64,000 nucleotides of DNA from an uncultured Fibrobacteria bacterium (GCA_963716395.1 OY970309.1:3200001-3264000), one strand, 5' to 3'. Shown: positions 1-9,503, numbered from the stretch's first letter. The notes: generated by a model from the sequence alone, not told the origin. Numbers and translations: made by a program.

Positions 1-158
1 GTGACGTCCCCGTATTGCACGTCGATACCGGCGCTTTGCAAGGCCGCGTCGGAAGCTGGCTGCGGCAAGCCCAGCACACGCACCCGGTGGCCGACGGCCG
101 ACAAGGCTCGGGCCAATCGGCTTCCCATCAAACCGTTGCCGCCCGTGATCAACACCAT
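1..158 (-). CDS. NAD-dependent epimerase/dehydratase (SDR), N-terminal part; runs off the window edge
   Basis: Not in the ORF track. The minus strand from ATG at 158 reads MVLITGGNGLMGSRLARALSAVGHRVRVLGLP, a Rossmann TGxxGxxG motif. Confidence 0.8.
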   Translation of the reverse strand, partial: MVLITGGNGLMGSRLARALSAVGHRVRVLGLPQPASDAALQSAGIDVQYGDV

Positions 159-234
159 GCGGCAAAATTACCATGATTGCCGCGCCTCCAAATGGGATTG
201 GTATTTTAGCCAGACCGAATCCGGTCCTAAAGCC

Positions 235-732
235 ATGTCCGCCTCCACCCCACTTTGCCCGCTGCTGACACCTTCGGTGGAATTCCACCTCGCGTTAACC
301 GAAAAGACGCGGCAACGCATGCTCGATCTCATCGCGGGCCTGTCACCGGATCAGCTGCGCCGCATACCGCCGGGCTTTCGCAACCACCTGCTGTGGAATC
401 TCGGTCATGCCCTGGTGTCGCAGCAATTGCTCTGCTATGAAAAATGCGGACAGGCCTTGCGTATTCCGGTTTATCTCCCTCCCCTGTTCCGCAAAGGCAC
501 CCATCCGGGCCAATGGACCGGCCAGGTCGACGCCGACGAAATCATATCCTGGCTGCGCGAAACGCCGCGACTCTTGCGCACCGACATCGACCAGGGCCGT
601 TTGGGTGAATTTGCGGGTTACGACACTTCCATGGGTCTGCGGCTGACCAATTTATCCGATACTTTGACCTATTCAACCTGGCATGAAGGCCAGCATTTGG
701 GCATCATGCTGGCTTTGAGGAAATTGGTGTAA
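235..732 (+). CDS. DinB/YfiT family metal-binding protein
   Basis: Contains 'NHLLWNLGH' and C-terminal 'HEGQHLG', the DinB His pattern. Start taken at ATG 235. Confidence 0.8.
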   Translation: MSASTPLCPLLTPSVEFHLALTEKTRQRMLDLIAGLSPDQLRRIPPGFRNHLLWNLGHALVSQQLLCYEKCGQALRIPVYLPPLFRKGTHPGQWTGQVDADEIISWLRETPRLLRTDIDQGRLGEFAGYDTSMGLRLTNLSDTLTYSTWHEGQHLGIMLALRKLV

Positions 733-859
733 ACCGAACCATATCGGCACTTCCGCGGGTCAGATAAAATTCGGGGCCCGCTGGCCGGGCCGAGTCGCGA
801 CCCGCGCGGGCCTTATTAAGCTTATTAAGCTTTAGGACTGGCTCCCACGGGGCGGCACG

Positions 860-2581
860 ATGAAGTCTGAAGACAAAACCAGGGGATCGTCGGCCGAGGC
901 CACCCGCGTGCTGGGGGCTGCGGCGCCGGCTTCCGAACCCAGCCCGCTGTTGGCGCCCAAGCCGGCCGAAACCGGGAACGGACTCGCGCCAGAAATCGAC
1001 CCGTTTCACTCCGATCCCTTTATCGGCCGCATCGTCGGCAATTGCCGCATCCTGGAAAAGATCAACGAGGGCGGCAGCAGTTTCATTTACCGCGCCCTCA
1101 ACGTCAACTTCAACCTCGAACGGGTCGTCAAGATTCTGAAACCGGCGTTGGCCGAAGACCGGGATTATTTCGAAGGTTTCAAGCAAGAGGCGCAGCTTAC
1201 GGCGCGCTTGGATCACCCCAATATCTTGCGGGTGTTCGACACCGGTGAGATCGGCCGGCAATTCTTCATCGAAATGGAATACGTGGGCGGACAAAGCCTG
1301 CGCGAGTTCATGCATCGGCAGCAGCGCATCCGCGAAATCGATATTCTCGGCATCGCCAGCCAGATCGCCCAGGCGCTGGATTACGCCCATCACGCCCGCA
1401 TTCAGACGCCGTCGGGCGAAACCTTGATCGGCATTCTCCACCGCGATCTCAAACCCGAAAACATCATGCTGCCGCCGGGAGGCGGGCTCAAGCTCATGGA
1501 TTTCGGCGCGGCCAAACCGTTGAGTCTGAATTCCAAAACCCCGCAGGGCACCATCGTCGGCACGCCGCATTACATGTCGCCGGAACAGATCAACGGCGAA
1601 GCCCTGGATGCGCGCAGCGATTTTTTCAGCCTGGGCGTGGTGCTCTACGAACTGTGTTGCGGACAGCGGCCTTTCGACTCGGAGAACCTGGCGATTCTGC
1701 TGGCGCGCCTCGACGCCGGCAAATACACGCCGCTGCGCAAGTTGCGTCCCTCGATTTCGCCGCTTACCGAAGAACTGGTGGAGAAATTGCTGGCCAAGTC
1801 GCCGCAGCGAAGACCGGCTTCGGCCAAAGAGATTCTGCAAAGCCTGCAAATCGCCTTGCGCACCCAACAACAATGGGGCGCCGGCGCGCGGGCCAAAGTG
1901 CCGTTTTCCCTCCGCCGCGCCTTTCCCTCCATCGCGTTGGGTTTCAGCACCGTCGCGCTGCTGTTGTCGGGTTTTCTCGCCGTGCGCTTCTTTCCGCTCT
2001 GGCGCAACCCCGGTGGGCTCAAGGCGCATTTCACCGCCCTGGTGGCCAAAGGATTGGATGCGGAGCGCAAGGGTGATTTGGACGCCGCTTTGAATTTGTA
2101 CGACCTGATGCCGCCTCCCAGCCGCGGAGGCGATCCCCAAAGTTATCTGCTCAGCCAATTGGAAGCCGCGAACATCTACATGCAGCGCGGGCAATTGACC
2201 AAGGCGCGGGCCATGCTCGAGGATTTGCACAACCACTACCGCGATCCCGCCGTCGACGCTTATCTCGGCATGCTGTATTTCAAATCGGCCCTGTATCTCG
2301 AAGCCAAAGACCATTTGCAGGCCGCGCTCGATTCTCCCCGCCAAACCGTGCTGCGCCTGTCCGACGACTTCACCCCGTCCGCCTTGCACGCCGATATACT
2401 GTATTACTTGGCCGATGCCTGGGACGGCCAATTCACCTTCGTGAACAAACTCCCCGAATATCGCGACAAGGCCGTGGCCGCCTACCACTCCTACCTCGAC
2501 TTCGCCTGTTCCGGCAGTAATGCCGACAAGCATTGCGAGACGGCGAAGAAGCGTCTGCAGGAATTGACGAACCATCCGTGA
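860..2581 (+). CDS. Hanks-type Ser/Thr protein kinase with TM helix and C-terminal TPR-like region
   Basis: Motifs VVKIL, HRDLKPEN, DFG, GTPHYMSPEQ, SDFFSLG; hydrophobic segment near aa 355-378; helical C-terminus. Confidence 0.9.
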   Translation: MKSEDKTRGSSAEATRVLGAAAPASEPSPLLAPKPAETGNGLAPEIDPFHSDPFIGRIVGNCRILEKINEGGSSFIYRALNVNFNLERVVKILKPALAEDRDYFEGFKQEAQLTARLDHPNILRVFDTGEIGRQFFIEMEYVGGQSLREFMHRQQRIREIDILGIASQIAQALDYAHHARIQTPSGETLIGILHRDLKPENIMLPPGGGLKLMDFGAAKPLSLNSKTPQGTIVGTPHYMSPEQINGEALDARSDFFSLGVVLYELCCGQRPFDSENLAILLARLDAGKYTPLRKLRPSISPLTEELVEKLLAKSPQRRPASAKEILQSLQIALRTQQQWGAGARAKVPFSLRRAFPSIALGFSTVALLLSGFLAVRFFPLWRNPGGLKAHFTALVAKGLDAERKGDLDAALNLYDLMPPPSRGGDPQSYLLSQLEAANIYMQRGQLTKARAMLEDLHNHYRDPAVDAYLGMLYFKSALYLEAKDHLQAALDSPRQTVLRLSDDFTPSALHADILYYLADAWDGQFTFVNKLPEYRDKAVAAYHSYLDFACSGSNADKHCETAKKRLQELTNHP

Positions 2582-5055
2582 TGGTGCGCCCCGGCGCTTC
2601 CGACAACGCAGGATTGGCGCGGTTCAGCCTGGGAATCCGCGTGCTGTTGCTGGCCGCCTGGATTTTCCTGCTCGGCCATAAGCTGGGTTCGATTCCGCCG
2701 CTGGGAAAATTCTTCAACCCCTTCGGGGGCTTCTGGCGCAATGCCGAAACAAGTTCACCGCGCGGAGGTATCGTGCCGGTGACGGGATTGCCGGATTCGG
2801 TGCGCATCGAATACGATCACCGTGGCGTGCCCCACGTTTTCGCCCGTAGTCTGTACGGGATGTTTTTCGCGCAGGGCTATGTCACGGCCCGCGATCGCTT
2901 GTGGCAAATGGATGTGCAAAGCCGCGCGGGTTTGGGCCGTCTCGCCGAAGTCATGGGGCCGAAGCTGCTGCGCTTCGATCGCGAACGCCGCCGTACCGGA
3001 ATCGCGGGATCGGTGCGGCCGGCCCTGCGGAAGATTCTCACCGACTCCTTGTCGCGCAGGGCGCTCTTGGCCTATACCGCCGGGGTCAACGCCTGGATAC
3101 ACAAGCTGCGTCCCGCGGAGTATCCCTTCGAGTTCAAATTGCTGGACTATGCGCCGGAGCCGTGGACACCCCTGAAATGCGTGGCTTTGATCAAAAACAT
3201 GCAATGGACTCTGTCCAAAGGCAATGAAGACGCGCCTCTCACCCATACTCTGCAAAAGCTGGGTGACTCGGCTTTCCGGCGGCTTTATCCGTTGCGCAAT
3301 CCCGGCGCGATCCCTATCGTGCCAGAGATCTCGACTTTTAATTCCTCTCCGGCGCCATCCCCGGCGCCCTTACACCCTGTGAAATTGGGTGCGGCTCTCC
3401 CGCCGCAAACCGACCCCTTTTTCACGCGCCCCCAACCCGGAGCCGGTTCGGACAATTTCGTGGTGGCCGGACGCCTCACGGCCACTGGTTTTCCTCTACT
3501 CGGTAATGACCCGCATCTCGATCTCACCTTGCCCTCGATCTGGTATGAAATCCAATTGCAAGCGGGTAATATCAATGCTTACGGGGTCAGCTTGCCTGGC
3601 GCTCCGGGCGTGATCATCGGCTTCAATGCGCAGGCGGCCTGGGGCGAAACGAATGGGGAGGACGACGTCTATGATTGGATCGCCGTGGCCTTTCGCGATT
3701 CCACCGATCGCAGCTACCGCTGGCAGGGAGGCTGGGATTCGACCCGCTTCGTCCTGGATACCATTTTCGTACGCGGCCTGGCGCCCGTGGTCGACACCCA
3801 AGTATGGACCCGCTGGGGTCCGGTGCCGGTTCGCCCGGGCGAAAAGCCCTTCGACCGCAATACGCCGCCGCAATGCGCCCTGCGCTGGCTGGCGCTCGAG
3901 CCTTCCAACGACCTCAAGCCGTTTCTGTCCTTGCTGGCCGCCCGCGATTATGCCTCGTTCCGCGCTGCCATCGCCGATCTGCATTGTCCTTCGCAGAATT
4001 TTGCCTTCGCCGACTCCGCCGACATTGCCTTGGTGCATCAGGGGCGTTTTCCCGTCAAACCTCCGGGTCTGGGTCGAACCGTGATTTCCGTCGCAGACTC
4101 TTATCGCTTGTGGTCGTCTTTTGTGCCCGATTCGCTATTGCCCGCCGCGCACAATCCCGCACGCGGCTGGCTCGAGTCTTCGAACCAGGAGCCCGCGGAC
4201 AGCACCTATCCCTATTATCTCGGATCGGGATTTTATCCTTCGGAGCGGGCCGGCCGCATGGGCCGATTGCTACAGGGGGTACGGCCGCATTCTCTGACCC
4301 TGGCCCAGGCGTGGACCTTTGCCCTCGACGATTACAGCCCGCATGCGGCCCAGGCCCTGCCCCTGCTTTTGCGCGGCCTGGATACCGCCGCCTTGTCGCC
4401 CCCGGCCCGCCGGGCGGTGCGGATCCTGCGGGCCTGGAATTTTCATTACGATGCGCATTCGGTGGCCGCCGCGATTTTCGACGGCTGGTGGAAGACCTGG
4501 TATAAATCCGTATGGGAAAACGTGTTCGGCCCGGATACCGACCGCTTCGCCTGGCCGTCGCGTCCCGTAACGTGCGAGTTACTGACCGACGATCCCGCAT
4601 CGCCCTGGTTCGACGATCCCCACACCCCGCAGCGCGAAACCGCGGCGGACGAGGCGCGGGCGGCTTTGGAAACCACCGTCACAGAATTAAACGTCCGACC
4701 CGGCGGCCTGGACAGCGCCTTTTGGGGTCGGGTGCGGCCTTTGGCCCTTCCCCACTTGCTGCGGCTCAAACCGCTGGGTCTGTATGGCTTAGCCGGTGAT
4801 GGTTGCGAAGAATGCCTGGATGCCCAGCGCGGCACGCATGGTCCGTCCTGGCGCATGGTGGTGCAATTGGGAAATCCGCCGCGCGCCTGGGGTGGATACC
4901 CGGGCGGCCAAAGCGGCAACCCGGGATCACCGGCTTTCACCGCCTTTGTGTCGCATTGGCTGCAGGGCCAGCCCTACGTCTTGTTGTACCTGAAAGGACC
5001 GCAGGCCGACCCGGACTCCATCGCCTATGCCCTCACCTTGAAAGGTCGGCCGTAA
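2581..5055 (+). CDS. Penicillin acylase family Ntn-hydrolase (peptidase S45)
   Basis: 'GVPHVFA', 'AQGYVTARDRLWQMD', processing site G|SDNF, 'NDPHL', 'PGGQSGNPGSP'. ATG overlaps the kinase stop (TGATG). Confidence 0.9.
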   Translation: MVRPGASDNAGLARFSLGIRVLLLAAWIFLLGHKLGSIPPLGKFFNPFGGFWRNAETSSPRGGIVPVTGLPDSVRIEYDHRGVPHVFARSLYGMFFAQGYVTARDRLWQMDVQSRAGLGRLAEVMGPKLLRFDRERRRTGIAGSVRPALRKILTDSLSRRALLAYTAGVNAWIHKLRPAEYPFEFKLLDYAPEPWTPLKCVALIKNMQWTLSKGNEDAPLTHTLQKLGDSAFRRLYPLRNPGAIPIVPEISTFNSSPAPSPAPLHPVKLGAALPPQTDPFFTRPQPGAGSDNFVVAGRLTATGFPLLGNDPHLDLTLPSIWYEIQLQAGNINAYGVSLPGAPGVIIGFNAQAAWGETNGEDDVYDWIAVAFRDSTDRSYRWQGGWDSTRFVLDTIFVRGLAPVVDTQVWTRWGPVPVRPGEKPFDRNTPPQCALRWLALEPSNDLKPFLSLLAARDYASFRAAIADLHCPSQNFAFADSADIALVHQGRFPVKPPGLGRTVISVADSYRLWSSFVPDSLLPAAHNPARGWLESSNQEPADSTYPYYLGSGFYPSERAGRMGRLLQGVRPHSLTLAQAWTFALDDYSPHAAQALPLLLRGLDTAALSPPARRAVRILRAWNFHYDAHSVAAAIFDGWWKTWYKSVWENVFGPDTDRFAWPSRPVTCELLTDDPASPWFDDPHTPQRETAADEARAALETTVTELNVRPGGLDSAFWGRVRPLALPHLLRLKPLGLYGLAGDGCEECLDAQRGTHGPSWRMVVQLGNPPRAWGGYPGGQSGNPGSPAFTAFVSHWLQGQPYVLLYLKGPQADPDSIAYALTLKGRP

Positions 5056-5387
5056 TGGCCGCGCTCGCCATGGTCGCTTTCTCAGCTTGCCTGGTTGGCG
5101 GTTGGTGGCTGCCCTGGTGGTGGCCGGCGCTGGTGGGTGCGGTGCTGGGATTCTCCGTCCCCCGTGTGCGTTATGGCGTCTGGGCTGCGGCCGGGGGCGC
5201 GGCCTTGGCCTGGGGCGCGGCGGCGCTCTGGATCAATACCAAAAATCATGGTTTATTGGCCGGCAAGGTCGCGGACCTGTTCCATGTATCCGGCGGCGGG
5301 TGGATGGTGGTGGGGACGATTTTATTGGGAGGCGCGACGGCCGGTTTGGGTGCCTGGATGGGAGCCGGCTTGCGCAGATCCCGATGA
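5055..5387 (+). CDS. Small multi-TM membrane protein
   Basis: ATG overlaps the acylase TAA; about 110 aa, hydrophobic and Gly/Trp-rich. Confidence 0.7.
   Translation: MAALAMVAFSACLVGGWWLPWWWPALVGAVLGFSVPRVRYGVWAAAGGAALAWGAAALWINTKNHGLLAGKVADLFHVSGGGWMVVGTILLGGATAGLGAWMGAGLRRSR
5359..5373 (+). promoter_or_regulatory. Possible sigma54 -24/-12 promoter upstream of the Pxr-like RNA
   Basis: TGGGAGCCGGCTTGC has GG-N10-GC spacing with TGG..TTGC. The match is partial and lies inside the end of a CDS. Confidence 0.3.
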
Positions 5388-5409
5388 ACACCCGATGAAA
5401 ATATCAAGG

Positions 5410-5490
5410 TGATAGCGTCGGGGAGCACCCCAAAAAACATGGACCCAGGCCGACTCAGGAGAGGCGACCACCCGCCCCCGTTAGAGAGGG
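5410..5490 (+). ncRNA. Pxr-like small RNA (boundaries approximate)
   Basis: Intergenic GACCCAGGCCGACTCAGGAGAGGCGACCACCC (5442-5473) matches my recollection of the Myxococcus Pxr core. Nested stems CTC-AGGA-GAG and TGG/CCA, closed by CGGGG (5419) and CCCCG (5476). Confidence 0.6.
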
Positions 5491-5621
5491 GAAACCTTGC
5501 CCGGACCGGAAAACATGTCACGATAGCGACCCGGTTTTCCGCGTCGCGACCGCATCCGAAAATCATCGTGGCATTTGCGCCGGGAATTTCCGAGCGCGGG
5601 AATGCCAGAAGCCGGAACCGA

Positions 5622-5897
5622 TTACCAGCGATTATTGCCGCGCTGCGGCTTGTTCTCGCGGGGGCGGGCTTCGTTGACCTTCATCTGCCGACCTTTGAGT
5701 TCTTTGCCGTTCAGCATTTGCATGGCCTTTTGCGCGTCCGAGTCATTCGGCATATCGACGAATGCAAAACCGCGCGGGCGTCCTGTTTCTCGATCCATCA
5801 TGACTTTCACCGAAGTGACTTGACCGCAAGCTGCGAACGCCGCTTCCAATTCATTTTGCGTGACGTCAAAAGACAAATTGCCGACGAACAAATTCAT
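5622..5897 (-). CDS. RRM (RNP-1) RNA-binding protein
   Basis: RNP2 'LFVGNL', RNP1 'RGFAFVDM', 'VNEARPR'. Confidence 0.95.
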   Translation of the reverse strand: MNLFVGNLSFDVTQNELEAAFAACGQVTSVKVMMDRETGRPRGFAFVDMPNDSDAQKAMQMLNGKELKGRQMKVNEARPRENKPQRGNNRW

Positions 5898-5951
5898 ACC
5901 ATTTTCCTTGTTGTGTAGTGGAGATCCAATCGCTGGGACTTTACGCAGTAC

Positions 5952-7763
5952 TCAAATCGCCCGGACGGGACTTGCGGTAGTGTAGTAAGGGAATGGCTTT
6001 TTGGCTATGTAAATCGTCAGCCAGGTTTTTTCTAGGGAAAACGGTTTTCGCCGATCCGGCGCTTTGCGCCCGGCCTGGGAAAATCCCGTGGCCGCAGGTT
6101 TCGGGGTCGAAACCCGTTCCCAAGCGGCCAGGCGAAGCAAAGCGAGGTGCAGCAATCTCGGGTTTTTGCCGAATCGGGCCACAGCCTCGGCAATACCGGC
6201 CGCCGGCGTCCAGGGTTCCGGAACGGCACCCCCGGTATGATTCCAGGCCGAATCTGAAGCCAACAAGACTTCGGCGCCATCGCAATACAAGGTGGTCATG
6301 GCTTGGGTGCGCGCCAAATACGCCGCCAGGGGCTGATAGCGTGCATCTTCCCCGATGGGCAGCAGAACTATATCGATGTGATATTTGCGGCGATAGGCGG
6401 CAAAGCGGTCCGGATGGTCGAAAAGATCCAGGAATTCGCCCCAAAAACGGGTGTCATGCAAAATCATGCGGCCATCCACGAAGGGACGCAAACCGGTGAG
6501 CTGCCACCCCAAATACCCGCCATGCCGAATTTCGTTGAAGAGAACCCCATGTAAAGGGTGTTGTCGCAAGTAAGCCACCGCCCCTGCCGGAAAGCGAAAG
6601 GGCGTTTCCCAACTACCCGGAATTTCCCACCTTCGTTCCAAGTGCAAGTCGGCCGCGAACAAGGCTCCATGCAAAAGAGTCCAAACCCAGCAAAAGGCCG
6701 CCGCCGCCCGCCATCCCGGCCGTACCGAGCTTTTCGCTTTCGCGGGCAACCCGATTTGCAGGGCCCGGGCCGAGGCGATCAGCACCGCCAGCAGAAAAAG
6801 CGGTAAATTCCGTTGAGCCATCAGGCCCAATCCGCCGTAAACCGCGAGCAGTAGGGCTTCACCCCGGGCGCGGCGACGGACCAGCATCAGCAAACCCCCG
6901 GCCGCGGCGGCCAGTAGAATAAACGGATAAGCGGCCGCAGGATCGCGAAAAAACCAGCGCCAATAGGGAATATTCTCCGCCACCTCGCGCGAAAAAAAAG
7001 CCCGGCCGACGGGAAGGATGCGGCGCAGCAGACGCAGGGGAAAAATCCATCCGCGCCAGCCAAAGGGATTTGCCAAACCCGCGAAGAACAACCCTGCCGG
7101 CAGGCGTAACACCGAAGCGACGCGCCGGAAACCCCAGCGCGCGGGTGGGGTTGTTCCGGCATTCAGCGCTTCGCCCAAACACAAGGCCGCCGCCTGAACC
7201 GGCCCCAGCCAAAACAGCCCCTGCATTTGCACCAGTATCAATTGCAGGGCGATAAGCCGCAACCAGGGCATGGGCCGGTGCGCATCCCAGGCGTCGCGCA
7301 GGCAGCGGTATTGGGTGGCCAGCAACAGCAAGGTGGCCCACAACGGACGGATATCGGTCAGGTAACGTCCGTGGAACGCGGCGTAGGCCGCCAGCGCGGC
7401 CAGAAAAGGCGCGGTTCTCCCATTCCAGGCGCGCCACAACACCAGAGCGAAAATTCCTGCGGCCGCGGCCGCCTTGGCCGCCACCAAGGCAAAATCGCCT
7501 CCCAGCTTCCAGAGAGCATAGACCATCAATTGAAAGCCCCATTGGGCGTCGATCCATGGAGCGCCCAATGAGGCCGTACAAAAAGGATCGGTGCGCGGTA
7601 CGGCCCCGTGCCGCCACATCCAACGGGCCGCGGAGAGATGCCACCAGATGTCGGTGTCGGTAATGGGAAAAACGTGGCAGGCAAATACGAATGCCAGCAA
7701 GGCGAACAAAGCCGCAGCGGCCAAAAGGCCCCGTCGATCCCCAGGGACGGATTCGATCTTCAT
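5952..7763 (-). CDS. Polytopic membrane protein, GT-C glycosyltransferase-like
   Basis: 'DTDIWWHL' after the first TM, 'NPFG', 'GGYL', 'FVDGR' and many TM helices. Confidence 0.65.
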   Translation of the reverse strand: MKIESVPGDRRGLLAAAALFALLAFVFACHVFPITDTDIWWHLSAARWMWRHGAVPRTDPFCTASLGAPWIDAQWGFQLMVYALWKLGGDFALVAAKAAAAAGIFALVLWRAWNGRTAPFLAALAAYAAFHGRYLTDIRPLWATLLLLATQYRCLRDAWDAHRPMPWLRLIALQLILVQMQGLFWLGPVQAAALCLGEALNAGTTPPARWGFRRVASVLRLPAGLFFAGLANPFGWRGWIFPLRLLRRILPVGRAFFSREVAENIPYWRWFFRDPAAAYPFILLAAAAGGLLMLVRRRARGEALLLAVYGGLGLMAQRNLPLFLLAVLIASARALQIGLPAKAKSSVRPGWRAAAAFCWVWTLLHGALFAADLHLERRWEIPGSWETPFRFPAGAVAYLRQHPLHGVLFNEIRHGGYLGWQLTGLRPFVDGRMILHDTRFWGEFLDLFDHPDRFAAYRRKYHIDIVLLPIGEDARYQPLAAYLARTQAMTTLYCDGAEVLLASDSAWNHTGGAVPEPWTPAAGIAEAVARFGKNPRLLHLALLRLAAWERVSTPKPAATGFSQAGRKAPDRRKPFSLEKTWLTIYIAKKPFPYYTTASPVRAI

Positions 7764-7830
7764 TCTGGAATATTAGCAGGAGAGGCATCGAATTCTGGTC
7801 ACGCCGCGCCCCGCTACCTAGTTTGCAAAT

Positions 7831-8751
7831 ATGCTGCGTCGAATCTGGTTGATGGCGGTGCTTTTGTTTGCCTGCCGGTTGTCGCCACCGGACGCGGCCA
7901 GCGAAGCTGCGGCCATCCTGCACACCCATCCGGCTGAATTCGTGGATCGCCTGCAGGCCATGGACGCACTGGTGCTGCGCCAATTTCCGCAGACGGGCGA
8001 CCCAAGCGTGCTATTGCTCGACAGCTTGGCCCGCTATCGCGAACACCTGCGCGCGGCGGGTTTCGACCGCTTGGATGCGGAGCAAAAACCCGCGGCGCTG
8101 TTGGCTTTTCTGTTCGATACGCTGGGCGTGATTCCCGATACCGCCCCCACCGGCCTGGGGGAAGACCTTCCCGGACAGGTCCTGAAAACTCGCCGCGGTG
8201 ATTGTGTGGGATTGACCCTGCTCACGCTGGCCTTGGCGAAAACCATGGGCGTGGAAGCGCGGCCGGTGTTTTTGCCCAGCCACGTATTCGTGCGGTTGCG
8301 CTCCGGTGCGCAAGCATGGCGCAATGCCGAGCTGTTGCGTCGCGGGCTGGCGCGTAGCGATTCATTTTACCGCACGGTGTTTCGCCTGGCGCAGCGGCCC
8401 TGGTATCGACTGACCTCGGCGGATCCGGTTCAGGCGTTGGCCGCGCTGCTGTTCAATCTCGCCAACGCCCATCGGGCCGCAGGTCGAACTTCCCTGGCCC
8501 GTCGTGAATATGCGCGGGTGCTGGAGGTGATTCCGGGTTTTCCCGATGCGGCCGGCGCGGAAGGCGCCTTATGGCTCCGAGCCGGCGACGCGGATTCGGC
8601 CTTGGCTTGTCTGCGTCTGAGTTTAGCCGGCGATTCCCTTTCGTCTCCGGCGTGGGATACCTATGCACGGGCCTTGGAGCGGGCCCGGCAGCCGGGAGCC
8701 GACTTGGCCACGGCGCGTGCCCAAGCCCTGCATGCGGCCTTGCCGCATTGA
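7831..8751 (+). CDS. Lipoprotein with transglutaminase-like (SirB1-type) domain and TPR
   Basis: Lipobox-like 'LLFAC'; 'RRGDCVGLT', 'LPSHVFVR'; TPR-like C-terminus. Confidence 0.7.
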   Translation: MLRRIWLMAVLLFACRLSPPDAASEAAAILHTHPAEFVDRLQAMDALVLRQFPQTGDPSVLLLDSLARYREHLRAAGFDRLDAEQKPAALLAFLFDTLGVIPDTAPTGLGEDLPGQVLKTRRGDCVGLTLLTLALAKTMGVEARPVFLPSHVFVRLRSGAQAWRNAELLRRGLARSDSFYRTVFRLAQRPWYRLTSADPVQALAALLFNLANAHRAAGRTSLARREYARVLEVIPGFPDAAGAEGALWLRAGDADSALACLRLSLAGDSLSSPAWDTYARALERARQPGADLATARAQALHAALPH

Positions 8752-8786
8752 CCCCGTTTCTGTCCGCAAGTAGATTGCCAAACGAG

Positions 8787-9497
8787 ATGCCGGATTCCGA
8801 ATTGCGCGTATTCCTGTGCAGCAGTCACCGCGACTTGGCCACCGAAAGGCTATTGGCGCAGGAAATATTCGAATCTTTGGCGCGGGAATACGAAGGCTTT
8901 CGCTACTTCGCGCCGCGCTCGCAGCCCGCGGTGGAAACGGCCTTGGCGGCCCTGGCCGATTCGGATCTGGCCGTGTGCATCCTGGGCCATTGCTATGGCG
9001 CGGCGGCGCCCGGGTTGTCGCTGTCGCATGCGGAGATCGAATTCCGGGAAGCCGAAAAAACCGGTTTGCCCGTGCTGGTCTTTTTGCGGCGGGAAGACTA
9101 CGACCTGCGGCCGGGAAAGTTCGAAAAAGATCCTGCCCGCGCCGCCAAGGTGCAGGAGTTCCGCCGACGCTTGTGCACCGGAAACTGCGAAACCTTCACC
9201 GACGCCCCTTCCCTGGCGGTGCTGATGCGAACCGCCTTGGAGGCTGAAATCGCCGCACAGGGTCTCCCCAAAAAAATGACAACCCGGGCTTTTCCGCAAA
9301 CAACTTTGAACGCCTCGGTGAAAACCGTCGACCCGGCGCCGGCCGAAGGGGCGGCCACCAAAACCCTGCCCGTGATCCAGAAGGCTCTCAGCACGCCGTT
9401 TCAGCCCCGGGCGAAATGGAAAGAGTCGCTGTGGTGGTGGGGCGCGGGCTGTATCGCGGCTTTGTTGATTATTTCGGTTATTCTGTTACGGCACTAA
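8787..9497 (+). CDS. DUF4062-domain protein with C-terminal TM anchor
   Basis: 'RVFLCSSHRDLATER', 'ILGHCYG', 'SHAEIEFREA', 'PVLVF'; hydrophobic C-terminus. Confidence 0.75.
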   Translation: MPDSELRVFLCSSHRDLATERLLAQEIFESLAREYEGFRYFAPRSQPAVETALAALADSDLAVCILGHCYGAAAPGLSLSHAEIEFREAEKTGLPVLVFLRREDYDLRPGKFEKDPARAAKVQEFRRRLCTGNCETFTDAPSLAVLMRTALEAEIAAQGLPKKMTTRAFPQTTLNASVKTVDPAPAEGAATKTLPVIQKALSTPFQPRAKWKESLWWWGAGCIAALLIISVILLRH

Positions 9498-9503
9498 CAA
9501 TTA

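Noticed and set aside
1-234. N-terminal extension of the DinB ORF from position 1
   Set aside because: It is the antisense of a minus-strand SDR gene starting at 158; the DinB start is more likely ATG 235.
704-2575. Long antisense ORFs (also 16564-18132, 56886-58805, 59307-61124, 62166-63350)
   Set aside because: Shadow frames opposite well-supported GC-rich genes, with no independent motifs.
5405-5520. 5S rRNA, SRP RNA or TPP riboswitch
   Set aside because: Only superficial similarity. It lacks the 5S CCGAAC/GATGGTA motifs, the SRP CAGG..GGAA..AGCAG loop and the TPP CTGAGA core.
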